Positions 19,328-27,576 of a DNA stretch of 64,000 bases are shown piece after piece; positions within the stretch are counted from its first letter, which is position 1; each line of letters opens with the position of its first letter. The notes under the pieces were generated by a model that saw only the letters and a list, made by a program, of their open reading frames with translations, was not told the origin of the DNA and did not search any database. Both the position numbers and the translations under genes were made by a program. The stretch covers positions 160,001 to 224,000 of the forward strand of contig CAWBOS010000006.1 of assembly GCA_963790475.1 (NCBI GenBank), read 5' to 3'. Source of the DNA: an uncultured delta proteobacterium (lineage in GTDB: Bacteria > Desulfobacterota > RBG-13-43-22).

Positions 19328-20455
19328 ATGAAAATTGCGGTATTAGGGTGCGGTTATTGGGGCCCCAATTTGATTAGAAATTTTTATCAATTGAACAAAG
19401 TAGATGAGTTGTTTTGCTGCGATCCGGACCCGAAGAGGTTGGAGCGGGTAAAGAACCTAATACCGTCTGTCAAACCGATACAGGACTATAAAGAACTTCT
19501 GGAGATGCCTGATTTGAATGGGGTAGCCATTGCCACTCCGGTAAGGAGTCATTATCCTTTGGCCAAGGATTTTCTGGAGCATGGCAAACATGTGATGGTG
19601 GAAAAACCCCTAACCCATTCCCAGGAAAGCAGTTTGGAATTGATCAAAATAGCCGAAGAAAAAAAGCGAATCCTGATGGTGGGTCACACCTTCGAATACA
19701 CGGCCGCCGTAAACAAGATCAAAGAGATTGTTGAAAGCGGAGAATTGGGGAAAATCCTGTATGTGAGCTGTACCCGGGTCAACCTGGGGCTCTTCCAAAA
19801 TGATATCAATGTGGTTTGGGACCTCGCGCCCCATGATATATCCGTCATTCTTTATATCCTGGGGGAATTCCCGGTTTCTGTCAACTGCCAGGGGAGGGCC
19901 CATTTTAAATCAGAAGTGGAAGATGTGGCCACAACGACGCTGAATTTTAAGAACGGCTTGATTGCCTTTATACACAACAGTTGGCTTGATCCGAAAAAGA
20001 TCCGGAAAACAACCATTGTCGGAACACGAAAAATGCTGGTTTATGACGATATAGAAGTACAGGAAAAGATCAAGATATACGATAAAGGGTTGGAAATCCC
20101 GCCTTATTATGACACCTTTGCCGAGTTTCATTTTTCCTACCGCTCAGGAGATACCTACAGCCCAAGGGTTGATGAATATGAACCTCTCCGGAAACAGTGC
20201 GATACTTTTCTGGAGTGTATAAAGAAAGAGATTCATCCCCCTTCAGACGGGTATAGCGGCCTGAGGGTGGTGTCCATCCTGGAAGCCGCTTCAAAATCAT
20301 TAAAAAGGGCCGGTAAGGAAACTCCATTGCGCCTGGCCAAAGAGGAAAAAAATGTTCATTTGAACGACAAGGGCTTTCCCGTCTTCTCAAAAGTCCCGCT
20401 GAAGCCTAAGACGGAGACTTCCTTACGGGTGCTGGGAAAAAGGGGAAGTAATTAG
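19328..20455 (+). CDS. Gfo/Idh/MocA NAD-dependent oxidoreductase (nucleotide-sugar 3-dehydrogenase-like)
   Basis: GCGYWG, VEKP, WDLAPHD; ATG 19328 after GGGGGG. Confidence 0.9.
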   Translation: MKIAVLGCGYWGPNLIRNFYQLNKVDELFCCDPDPKRLERVKNLIPSVKPIQDYKELLEMPDLNGVAIATPVRSHYPLAKDFLEHGKHVMVEKPLTHSQESSLELIKIAEEKKRILMVGHTFEYTAAVNKIKEIVESGELGKILYVSCTRVNLGLFQNDINVVWDLAPHDISVILYILGEFPVSVNCQGRAHFKSEVEDVATTTLNFKNGLIAFIHNSWLDPKKIRKTTIVGTRKMLVYDDIEVQEKIKIYDKGLEIPPYYDTFAEFHFSYRSGDTYSPRVDEYEPLRKQCDTFLECIKKEIHPPSDGYSGLRVVSILEAASKSLKRAGKETPLRLAKEEKNVHLNDKGFPVFSKVPLKPKTETSLRVLGKRGSN

Positions 20456-20927
20456 ATGAAGTTGTTTACCATCGCCCCAGATGTGAAATTGGGAGAAAAT
20501 GTCAAGGTTTATAATTATGTAAATCTTTACGGCTGTGAAATTGGGGATGAGACCAGGATCGGGTGTTTTGTTGAAATACAAAAGAATGCCAAGATAGGAA
20601 AACGCTGTAAAATATCGAGCCACACTTTTATTTGTGAAGGAGTGACTATCGAAGACAATGTCTTCATCGGTCACAATGTAACTTTTATTAATGATAAGAT
20701 TTCCCAGGGCGACGAATGGGAAAGGAATACCCAAGGACGAAGAAGAGTGGGAAGTGGAACCCATAGTGGTAAAAAAAGGGGCGTCTGTCGGATCCAGCGC
20801 CACCCTCCTCAGCAAGGTAACGATCGGGGAAAACGCCATCGTCGGGGCCGGCAGTGTGGTGACCCGTGACGTTCCGCCCAACACCATCGTAGCCGGCAAT
20901 CCCGCACGCGTCCTACGTAGAATATAG
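20456..20927 (+). CDS. Hexapeptide-repeat N-acetyltransferase (WbpD/FdtC-like), +1 frameshift near 20700
   Basis: CKISSHTFICEGV..FIND joins FPRAT..VGAGSVVTRDVP..AGNPAR in the next frame. Confidence 0.85.
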
Positions 20928-20929
20928 TC

Positions 20930-21066
20930 TTTGTGGTCTCTTTGGTCATTTGGTCTATTTAGTTCCTTTGGTCTTTTAGTCTATTCAGTCAAAGGACTAG
21001 ACGACTTATAAAACCGAACAGACCAAACAGACTAAACAGACAAGACAGACCAAATAGACTAAACAG
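20930..21066. repeat. 9-mer repeat hairpin upstream of four-helix-bundle gene 1
   Basis: TTTGGTCTN array then AGACCAAAC/AGACTAAAC array running up to the start codon. Confidence 0.9.
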
Positions 21067-21432
21067 ATGACCAAAATTATTCGCTTTGAAAATCTGGATT
21101 GCTGGCAACAAGCCCGGAGATTGGTCAAGGAGATCTATAAGATTTCTAAAGGAAAAGCATTTTCAAAAGATTTCAGGTTGGTTGGGCAAATCCAAGGATC
21201 AGCAATTTCTGTAATGGCCAATATTGCTGAAGGGTTTATCCGTAAGTCGGATAAAGAGTTTATCCAATTCTTATTCATCGCTCTTTCATCTGCTGCTGAG
21301 GTTCAAAGTCATTTATATGTTGCCTTGGATCAAGACTATATCCGTGATGAGGAATTTAATACATTATATAAGCAGACTGAAGTAACAGCAAAAATGATTT
21401 CCGGATTGATCAAGTATCTCCGAAAAAAATAA
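21067..21432 (+). CDS. Four-helix-bundle protein (23S rRNA IVP/Avd-like family)
   Basis: FENLDCWQ..QIQGSAISVMANIAEG..FIQFLFIALSSAAEVQSHL. Confidence 0.9.
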   Translation: MTKIIRFENLDCWQQARRLVKEIYKISKGKAFSKDFRLVGQIQGSAISVMANIAEGFIRKSDKEFIQFLFIALSSAAEVQSHLYVALDQDYIRDEEFNTLYKQTEVTAKMISGLIKYLRKK

Positions 21433-21439
21433 TACCGTC

Positions 21440-21605
21440 CTTCAGTCTTTTTGGTCTATTTTGTCTATTCAGTCAGTAAGGCTAAGGGGCTGAAAAAACC
21501 AAAAAAACCAAAAAGACCAGATAAACCAAACGACAAAAAAGACCAAATAGACCAAACAGACTAGATGACCAAACAGACTAAACAGACGGAATAGACCAAA
21601 CAGAC
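21440..21605. repeat. 9-mer repeat hairpin downstream of four-helix-bundle gene 1
   Basis: ttggtctat tttgtctat tcagtc ... gaccaaata gaccaaaca gactagat gaccaaaca gactaaaca up to the DegT ATG. Confidence 0.9.
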
Positions 21606-22793
21606 ATGAAGATTCCTTTTTTAGATCTAAAAGCCCAATACCTCTCCATCAAACCGGAGATAGATGGCGCCCTCCAGGAAGTAATAGACGATACCGCCTT
21701 TGCCGGGGGACCTTTCGTGGCCCGGTTTGAGAAGGCCTTCGCCGAATTCTGCGGATGCCAAGAGGCCATCGGAGTGGGCAGCGGGACCGAGGCCCTGTGG
21801 ATGGTCCTGCTGGCCCTGGGCGTAGGCCCCGGCGATGAAGTCATTACCGTGCCCAACACCTTCATTGCCACGGCCGAGGCCATATCATTTTGCGGGGCCA
21901 CTCCGGTCTTTGTGGATGTCGAGGAACGCACCTGTAACCTCGATCCCAACAAACTGGAAGACTTCCTTAAAAAACAGGATAAAGGATCGAGGATAAAGGA
22001 TAAAGATGACTCCTCGAACCTCGCTCCTCAGTCCTCCGGCCTTGGCCGCTTGAAGGCCGTGATCCCGGTTCATCTTTACGGTCAGCCGGCCGATATGGAC
22101 CCCATCCTTGAATTGGCTCAAAAATACGGATTGTTTGTCGTTGAGGACGCCTGTCAGGCCCACGGTGCGGAGTATAAGGGAAAGCGGGCCGGGGTCTTAG
22201 GGTCGGCTGCCGGGTGCTTCAGCTTCTATCCCGGAAAGAATCTGGGGGCCTACGGGGAGGCCGGGGCGGTGACCACCAATGATAAAGCTCTCGCTGATCG
22301 GATCCGCATCTTCCGGGATCATGGACAGCCTAAGCGGTATTACCATGACGTCGTGGGTTGGAACGGCCGCATGGACGGGTTCCAGGGAGCGGTCCTGGGA
22401 GTAAAGCTTAAATACCTCGACGAATGGAATAAGGGAAGAAGGGAAAACGCCAAACGATATAATAAATACTTGTCTGGCATAGAGGGGATCATCCTCCCTG
22501 GGGAAGCGGACTATGCCTGCCACGTCTATCACATCTATCCCATCAGGGTTAAAAACCGGGATCGGGTCATGGAGGCCTTAGTGGAAAAAGGGATTAATTG
22601 TAACATACACTACCCAGTGCCTATCCATCTCCAGAAGGCCTATGAATTTCAGGCGCACCGATTGGGTGACTTCCCGATCTCTGAAAAAATTGCTTCAGAG
22701 CTTCTGTCCCTTCCTATGTTCCCGGAGCTGACCGAGGAACAAATCGTCTATGTGGCCGACTCATTAAAAACCATCTTGGAGGAACGAGGATAG
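21606..22793 (+). CDS. DegT/DnrJ/EryC1/StrS sugar aminotransferase with repeat-derived loop
   Basis: IPFLDL, SGTEAL, PVHLYGQ, EDACQAHG, SFYPGKNLGAYGE. Confidence 0.93.
   Translation: MKIPFLDLKAQYLSIKPEIDGALQEVIDDTAFAGGPFVARFEKAFAEFCGCQEAIGVGSGTEALWMVLLALGVGPGDEVITVPNTFIATAEAISFCGATPVFVDVEERTCNLDPNKLEDFLKKQDKGSRIKDKDDSSNLAPQSSGLGRLKAVIPVHLYGQPADMDPILELAQKYGLFVVEDACQAHGAEYKGKRAGVLGSAAGCFSFYPGKNLGAYGEAGAVTTNDKALADRIRIFRDHGQPKRYYHDVVGWNGRMDGFQGAVLGVKLKYLDEWNKGRRENAKRYNKYLSGIEGIILPGEADYACHVYHIYPIRVKNRDRVMEALVEKGINCNIHYPVPIHLQKAYEFQAHRLGDFPISEKIASELLSLPMFPELTEEQIVYVADSLKTILEERG
21976..22040. repeat. In-frame 7-mer hairpin inside DegT
   Basis: aggataa aggatcg aggataa aggataa ... tcctcga acctcgc tcctcag tcctcc. 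Confidence 0.8.
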
Positions 22794-22862
22794 AGGAAAA
22801 AGGTTCGAAGAACGAGGTTCCGAGGTAAAAGGATTAAGGTAAAAGGAGAAGGGATAAGGCAA
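22785..22862 (+). repeat. Left arm 7-mer array (AGGNNNN) before four-helix-bundle gene 2
   Basis: aggatag aggaaaa aggttcg ... aggttccg aggtaaa aggatta aggtaaa aggagaa gggataa. Confidence 0.85.
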
Positions 22863-22867
22863 AGAGC

Positions 22868-23236
22868 GTGGAATTTGAGAATTTAGAGGTTTGGAAAAGA
22901 GCGGTAAGACTGAGTGCCAATATATACAAAGAATTGGCTATGCTAAAGGATTTTGGTTTTCGCGATCAGATAACTCGGGCAGGATTATCCGTCCCAAGTA
23001 ATATTGCCGAAGGATTTGAGCGAGGGTCACAGAAAGAGTGCGTTGTATTTCTATCCTATGCCAAGGGATCCTTAGGGGAGTTGAGGACTCAGATCTATAT
23101 CGGAATGGCCATCGGCTATATTGACCAGGTTACCGGAAATGAATGGATCAAAGAAGCAAAAGAACTTGCCTCCATGTTGGGGGGACTTATAAAGACCAAA
23201 CGTAATTTTATCCAAACACAATCCAAAAGCAAATGA
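22868..23236 (+). CDS. Four-helix-bundle protein (23S rRNA IVP/Avd-like family)
   Basis: FENLEVWK..DQITRAGLSVPSNIAEGFER..FLSYAKGSLGELRTQ. Confidence 0.92.
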   Translation: MEFENLEVWKRAVRLSANIYKELAMLKDFGFRDQITRAGLSVPSNIAEGFERGSQKECVVFLSYAKGSLGELRTQIYIGMAIGYIDQVTGNEWIKEAKELASMLGGLIKTKRNFIQTQSKSK

Positions 23237-23249
23237 ATATGGCATTTTC

Positions 23250-23365
23250 ACCCTTTATCCTCGATCCTTTCTCCTTTATCCTAGAACCTCGCTCCTCAAA
23301 CCTGGTCAAACTCAACAAACCCAACCAATCCACCCAATCAGCTATCAGCAATGAGCCATGAGCTA
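23250..23365 (+). repeat. Right arm 7-mer array (NNNNCCT) followed by 9-mer and AGCTATG-type units
   Basis: ttatcct cgatcct ttctcct ttatcct agaacct cgctcct caaacct; then aactcaaca aacccaacc; then agctatc agcaatg agccatg agcta. Confidence 0.85.
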
Positions 23366-24391
23366 AGGATTATTAATCCGTTAGATATTCCCGACTGGGA
23401 TGAGCAGGTTCTTCGGCTCCCTAATTATTCTTTCTTCCACTCCGCAGCGTGGGCAAAGGTCCTTTCAGAAGCATATAAATACAAACCGACCTATTTTACC
23501 TTCTTTGAAGATAATAAGCTGACCGCTCTGTTACCCGCGATGGATGTAAACAGCATATTGACGGGCCACAGAGGAATATCACTCCCCTTCACTGATTTTT
23601 GTGAACCTATTGCAGATAGTAACCTGAATTTTCGGACTTTATTTGAACATGCAGTATCCCATGGGAAAAAAAGCGGATGGAAGTATATCGAACTTCGTGG
23701 TGGTCAGACTTTTTTACCGGACACTGTTCCATCCCAAACTTTTTTAGCCCATACCATGGACCTCTTTCCTGATGAAAAAAAAATAATGAACAACTTTCGG
23801 GACAGTACCAGGCGTAATATAAAGAAGGCTATCACCGAGGGGGTGACGGTAAACATCCTCAATACAAGGGAAGCGGTAAAAGAGTTTTGCAGATTGAACT
23901 GTCTTACCAGAAAGGAGCATGGACTGCCACCGCAGCCAGGAAAGTTTTTTCAGGCAATATATAAACACATTATATCAAAAGGGCATGGATTTGTGGCTCT
24001 TGCCTATTTTCAAGGAAAGGCCATAGCGGGAAATATCTATTTTCATTTTGGTGAAAAAGCGGTTTATAAATATGGAGCCTCAAACAAAACCTGGCAGCAT
24101 TTAAGAGCCAGCAACCTTGTGATGTGGGAGGCAATTAGGTGGTATTGTCGAAAGGGGTGTGAACAAATGCATTTCGGAAGAACCGAAGAGGATCATCAGG
24201 GGCTAAGACAATTCAAGATGGGCTGGGGGGTGCAGGAACATGCTGTCAGCTATTCAAAATATGATTTGCGAAAAGGCAATTTTGTTAAGCAAAAAAACAA
24301 GGTTACATTTTTTCAAAATTCAATTTTTTGCAGGATGCCCGTTCCTTTATTGAAAATTACCGGTTCTTTGTTTTATGGACACATGGCATAA
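23351..24391 (+). CDS. FemAB-like GNAT protein (XrtA/PEP-CTERM-associated type)
   Basis: SLPFTDFC, RRNIKKA, HGLPPQP, YKYGAS, FGRT..GLRQFKMGWG. Confidence 0.85.
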   Translation: MSHELRIINPLDIPDWDEQVLRLPNYSFFHSAAWAKVLSEAYKYKPTYFTFFEDNKLTALLPAMDVNSILTGHRGISLPFTDFCEPIADSNLNFRTLFEHAVSHGKKSGWKYIELRGGQTFLPDTVPSQTFLAHTMDLFPDEKKIMNNFRDSTRRNIKKAITEGVTVNILNTREAVKEFCRLNCLTRKEHGLPPQPGKFFQAIYKHIISKGHGFVALAYFQGKAIAGNIYFHFGEKAVYKYGASNKTWQHLRASNLVMWEAIRWYCRKGCEQMHFGRTEEDHQGLRQFKMGWGVQEHAVSYSKYDLRKGNFVKQKNKVTFFQNSIFCRMPVPLLKITGSLFYGHMA

Positions 24392-24430
24392 AGGTGCGAG
24401 GTCAATCGAATCAATGCGCGAGGGTGAAAG

Positions 24431-24688
24431 ATGATTGATAAAAATCAAATTAGATTCTTTATTCAGGACGAAATCATGAAGGAAGGGAGTCTCGATAATT
24501 TTGAGGATTCAGACTCATTGGTTGAGACAGGGATTATTGATTCTCTTGGAATTCAGATTCTGTTGGCTTTCCTTGAGCAAACTTATTCAGTTCATATTTC
24601 TGATGATGAACTAATACCGGAGAATTTTGAGACTATTGAAGCTATTTCCGAATTTGTTTCCCGTAAAATTTCAAAGTCAGGTTCTTAA
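24431..24688 (+). CDS. Stand-alone acyl/peptidyl carrier protein
   Basis: GIIDSLG phosphopantetheine motif, ENFETIEAI. Confidence 0.9.
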   Translation: MIDKNQIRFFIQDEIMKEGSLDNFEDSDSLVETGIIDSLGIQILLAFLEQTYSVHISDDELIPENFETIEAISEFVSRKISKSGS

Positions 24689-24747
24689 AGAAGATGGGTT
24701 AAGCAAGAATGAAAGTACGTTACAGATCATAAGGGAATAGATTTGCC

Positions 24748-25380
24748 ATGTTGTCCCATATTAGAATGCGTCTTTTTCATTCAGTTGAGACTATAGTTAA
24801 TAAGGGTTTCCCCTTTTTTTGTAAGGAAATTGTATTTATTAATAGAACATGTATCTTGTTAGAAAAAGGATTAAAAGGTTTTGTGCCTCCCCGGGTCAAT
24901 CGCAACCATTCCGATTTGGTATTGATTGAAATTAATTCAGATAATGTTGATAGATACTTTTTTCAATCAAGGACGAGACGTTTAAAAGCAATTGGATATG
25001 TTAAGAAAGGTTATCATGGGTATGGGATTGTTAGAGATAAAAAAATCATAGGAGATATTTGGTGTTTTATGCAAAACAGTTCTCCAAAAATTCATCCTGA
25101 CCTAAAATGGCTTGACATTAAATGCGCTCCGAATGAATGTTATTCATTTGATATGTATCTAAGTCTTGAAGAAAGAGGGGGTGGCAACTTGGCGGCTTTT
25201 CTTGAAAATGCCTTGTTTTACGATCTTCAAAGGAAAGGTTATGAGAGGATCTATGGTTACGTATGGGCGGATAACTTTCCTGCCCTTTGGGCCCATAGAG
25301 TAGTTAAATGGAAAGAGAAGAAAAAATTTGTGGTAAATCGGTTTCTAAATTTTAAAAAAAAAGCTAATAAAAGTGAATAA
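24748..25380 (+). CDS. GNAT-fold protein
   Basis: YSFDMYL..ERGGG..GYERIYGYVWADNFPA. Confidence 0.65.
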   Translation: MLSHIRMRLFHSVETIVNKGFPFFCKEIVFINRTCILLEKGLKGFVPPRVNRNHSDLVLIEINSDNVDRYFFQSRTRRLKAIGYVKKGYHGYGIVRDKKIIGDIWCFMQNSSPKIHPDLKWLDIKCAPNECYSFDMYLSLEERGGGNLAAFLENALFYDLQRKGYERIYGYVWADNFPALWAHRVVKWKEKKKFVVNRFLNFKKKANKSE

Positions 25381-25412
25381 GTGTTTTGAACCTTATCAAA
25401 TGAGGGTAAGCT

Positions 25413-26408
25413 ATGAATCAACTTGATATTCCCATGGTCCCACGACGCAAAGAAACATTACCAATAGTTTATGGAGATACTCCTTCTTTTTTGGGAGTGC
25501 CTGTTCTTGATGCAGAATCACAGCAAAAGGATTTAGATGTTATATTCATGGGTGTTCCCTGGGAGGGGACCATAACCTGGGGTTCTTTCACGGGATGCGA
25601 ACTCGCACCGCGAGTTATCAGACATGCCGCAGCCAGATATGGCGGTTTTCTTCCTGAATATGAATTAAACCTTTTTGATTATCTTAATCTTGCGGATATT
25701 GGTGATATATCGGTTAGTCCTAATACTCCCGCGGAGACCATGAAAAATATTTTTACCGCAGCTCAATCTATATATAAAAACAATAGCGTTCCCTTTACTC
25801 TTGGCGGGGACCATTCCATTAGTCCTGAGATTGTGAAAGCTTTGAGTGAATGTAAAGAGGGGGATATAGGCATAATTCATTTTGATGCCCATCTGGATAA
25901 TGCTAAGAAATTTGGAAAAGACCGTTTTCCCAGATGTGGTCCTCTTCACAGGATTGCGCAGATTCCAAAAGTAAGAAAGAAAAGTATTGTCCATGTCGGC
26001 ATAAGAGGGCCAAGGAATTCTCCATCTCAACTCGAGTATGCTCGGCAGATGGGAGCCAAGGTCTTTCATATGGGGGAGGTACGGAATCGGGGGATGGAAG
26101 CGGTTATTAGTGATGCGATTAATATTGCTCATGAGAAAACCAAACATGTCTATGTTACTATCTGCAGCGACTGTATAGACGCGGGATATAACCCTGGAGG
26201 GCCGGCAGATTTCAATGGACTTTTTCCCTATGAGTTATTCTCATCTCTTTACCAACTTGGAAAAACAGGGATATCCGGTCTTGATTATGTAGAGATTTAC
26301 CCGAATCAAGACCCTCAGTCATTTTCTGCCCATCTTGCTGCTTGGGCGATTATTTATGCGTTAGTTGGAATGGCGTCTAACAAAAAGAGTCAAAAAGGAG
26401 ATTATTAG
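25413..26408 (+). CDS. Ureohydrolase (agmatinase/arginase family), non-canonical active-site motifs
   Basis: GVPWE, LGGDHSI, HFDAHLD, VGIRG; second metal motif reads CSDCID. Confidence 0.85.
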   Translation: MNQLDIPMVPRRKETLPIVYGDTPSFLGVPVLDAESQQKDLDVIFMGVPWEGTITWGSFTGCELAPRVIRHAAARYGGFLPEYELNLFDYLNLADIGDISVSPNTPAETMKNIFTAAQSIYKNNSVPFTLGGDHSISPEIVKALSECKEGDIGIIHFDAHLDNAKKFGKDRFPRCGPLHRIAQIPKVRKKSIVHVGIRGPRNSPSQLEYARQMGAKVFHMGEVRNRGMEAVISDAINIAHEKTKHVYVTICSDCIDAGYNPGGPADFNGLFPYELFSSLYQLGKTGISGLDYVEIYPNQDPQSFSAHLAAWAIIYALVGMASNKKSQKGDY

Positions 26409-26409
26409 C

Positions 26410-27555
26410 GTGGATTTCTTGTTGAAAGACGACCAGATTAAACTAAAAGAGTCCGTCATTAATTTTGTGAAGCGTTCGCTGAATGATGGGGCTTACGAAC
26501 GCCGTAACAGCGAGGAGTTCTATTGGGATGGGTGGAAGAAATGTGCAGATTTTGGGATACTGGGGTTGCCCATGCCGCAGAAGTATGGAGGATTAGAAAT
26601 GGACTTGATGGGATGCGTGGCTGCCATGGAAGGATTCGGTTATGCTTCCAAGGATCCCGGATTGCTTTTCTCTATAAACACTCATATTTGGACTTGTGAA
26701 TTTCCCATTTTAAAGTTCGGTTCCGAAGAACAAAAAGAGAAATACCTTAGGGGGTTAATAAAAGGTTCTATAATTGGCGGACATGCAATGACCGAACCGG
26801 ATTCCGGTTCCGATGCTTTCAGCCTCAGGTGCAAAGCAATACGCGATGGCAACAAGTATATTCTTAATGGAACAAAGATGTTCATTACCAATGCACCTAT
26901 CGCCGATATTCTCCTTGTTTTTGCCCGGATCGATGATCGAAAAGGATTTGCCGGAATCTCGGTATTCATTGTGGAAAAGGATTTTCCTGGATTTTCCATC
27001 GGCAAACCGCTCAAGATGATGGGCCTCGAAGACTGTCCTCTTGGTGAAGTCATCTTGCGGGAATGCGAAGTACCCGTTGAAAACAGATTGGGGAGAGAAG
27101 GGGCAGGATCTGCGGTATTCAATTCGGAAATGGAACAAGAACGAAGCTGCCTGTTTGCCACCCACCTGGGAAGTATGGAAAAGATTCTGGAAGACTGCAT
27201 CGAATATGCCAAAACACGCCATCAGTTTGGTAAACCTATTGGGAGTAATCAATCGATTTCACATAAGATAGCCGAAATGAAGGTGCGGGTTGAAATGTCC
27301 CGACTTATTCTCTACAGGGTTGCATGGATTAAAACCATCGGTCAGCGCGCTCCTATGGAAGCTGCCATCGCTAAATTATTCATAAGCGAGAGTTATGTGG
27401 CTACATGTATGGATGCTCTTCAGATCCATGGTGCCTATGGTTATTCGAGAGAGTTTAGTATTGAAAGAAGTCTTCGGGACGCGATCGGATCAAAGATATA
27501 TTCGGGGACTTCCGAGATCCAGAGGAACATCATAGCAACTTTTTTAGGTCTTTAG
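26410..27555 (+). CDS. Acyl-CoA dehydrogenase family, L-prolyl-carrier-protein dehydrogenase-like (PltE/RedW/CloN3 type)
   Basis: WKKCADFGILGL, GLLFSINTHIW, MTEPDSGSDA, QIHGAYGY, IYSGTSEIQR; GTG 26410 after AAGGAG. Confidence 0.8.
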   Translation: MDFLLKDDQIKLKESVINFVKRSLNDGAYERRNSEEFYWDGWKKCADFGILGLPMPQKYGGLEMDLMGCVAAMEGFGYASKDPGLLFSINTHIWTCEFPILKFGSEEQKEKYLRGLIKGSIIGGHAMTEPDSGSDAFSLRCKAIRDGNKYILNGTKMFITNAPIADILLVFARIDDRKGFAGISVFIVEKDFPGFSIGKPLKMMGLEDCPLGEVILRECEVPVENRLGREGAGSAVFNSEMEQERSCLFATHLGSMEKILEDCIEYAKTRHQFGKPIGSNQSISHKIAEMKVRVEMSRLILYRVAWIKTIGQRAPMEAAIAKLFISESYVATCMDALQIHGAYGYSREFSIERSLRDAIGSKIYSGTSEIQRNIIATFLGL

Positions 27556-27576
27556 CCCCGGTTACAATAAGATTAT

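Noticed and set aside
20930-21605. CRISPR array interpretation of the repeat tracts
   Set aside because: Units are 7-9 nt, degenerate and inverted, with no unique spacers and no cas genes
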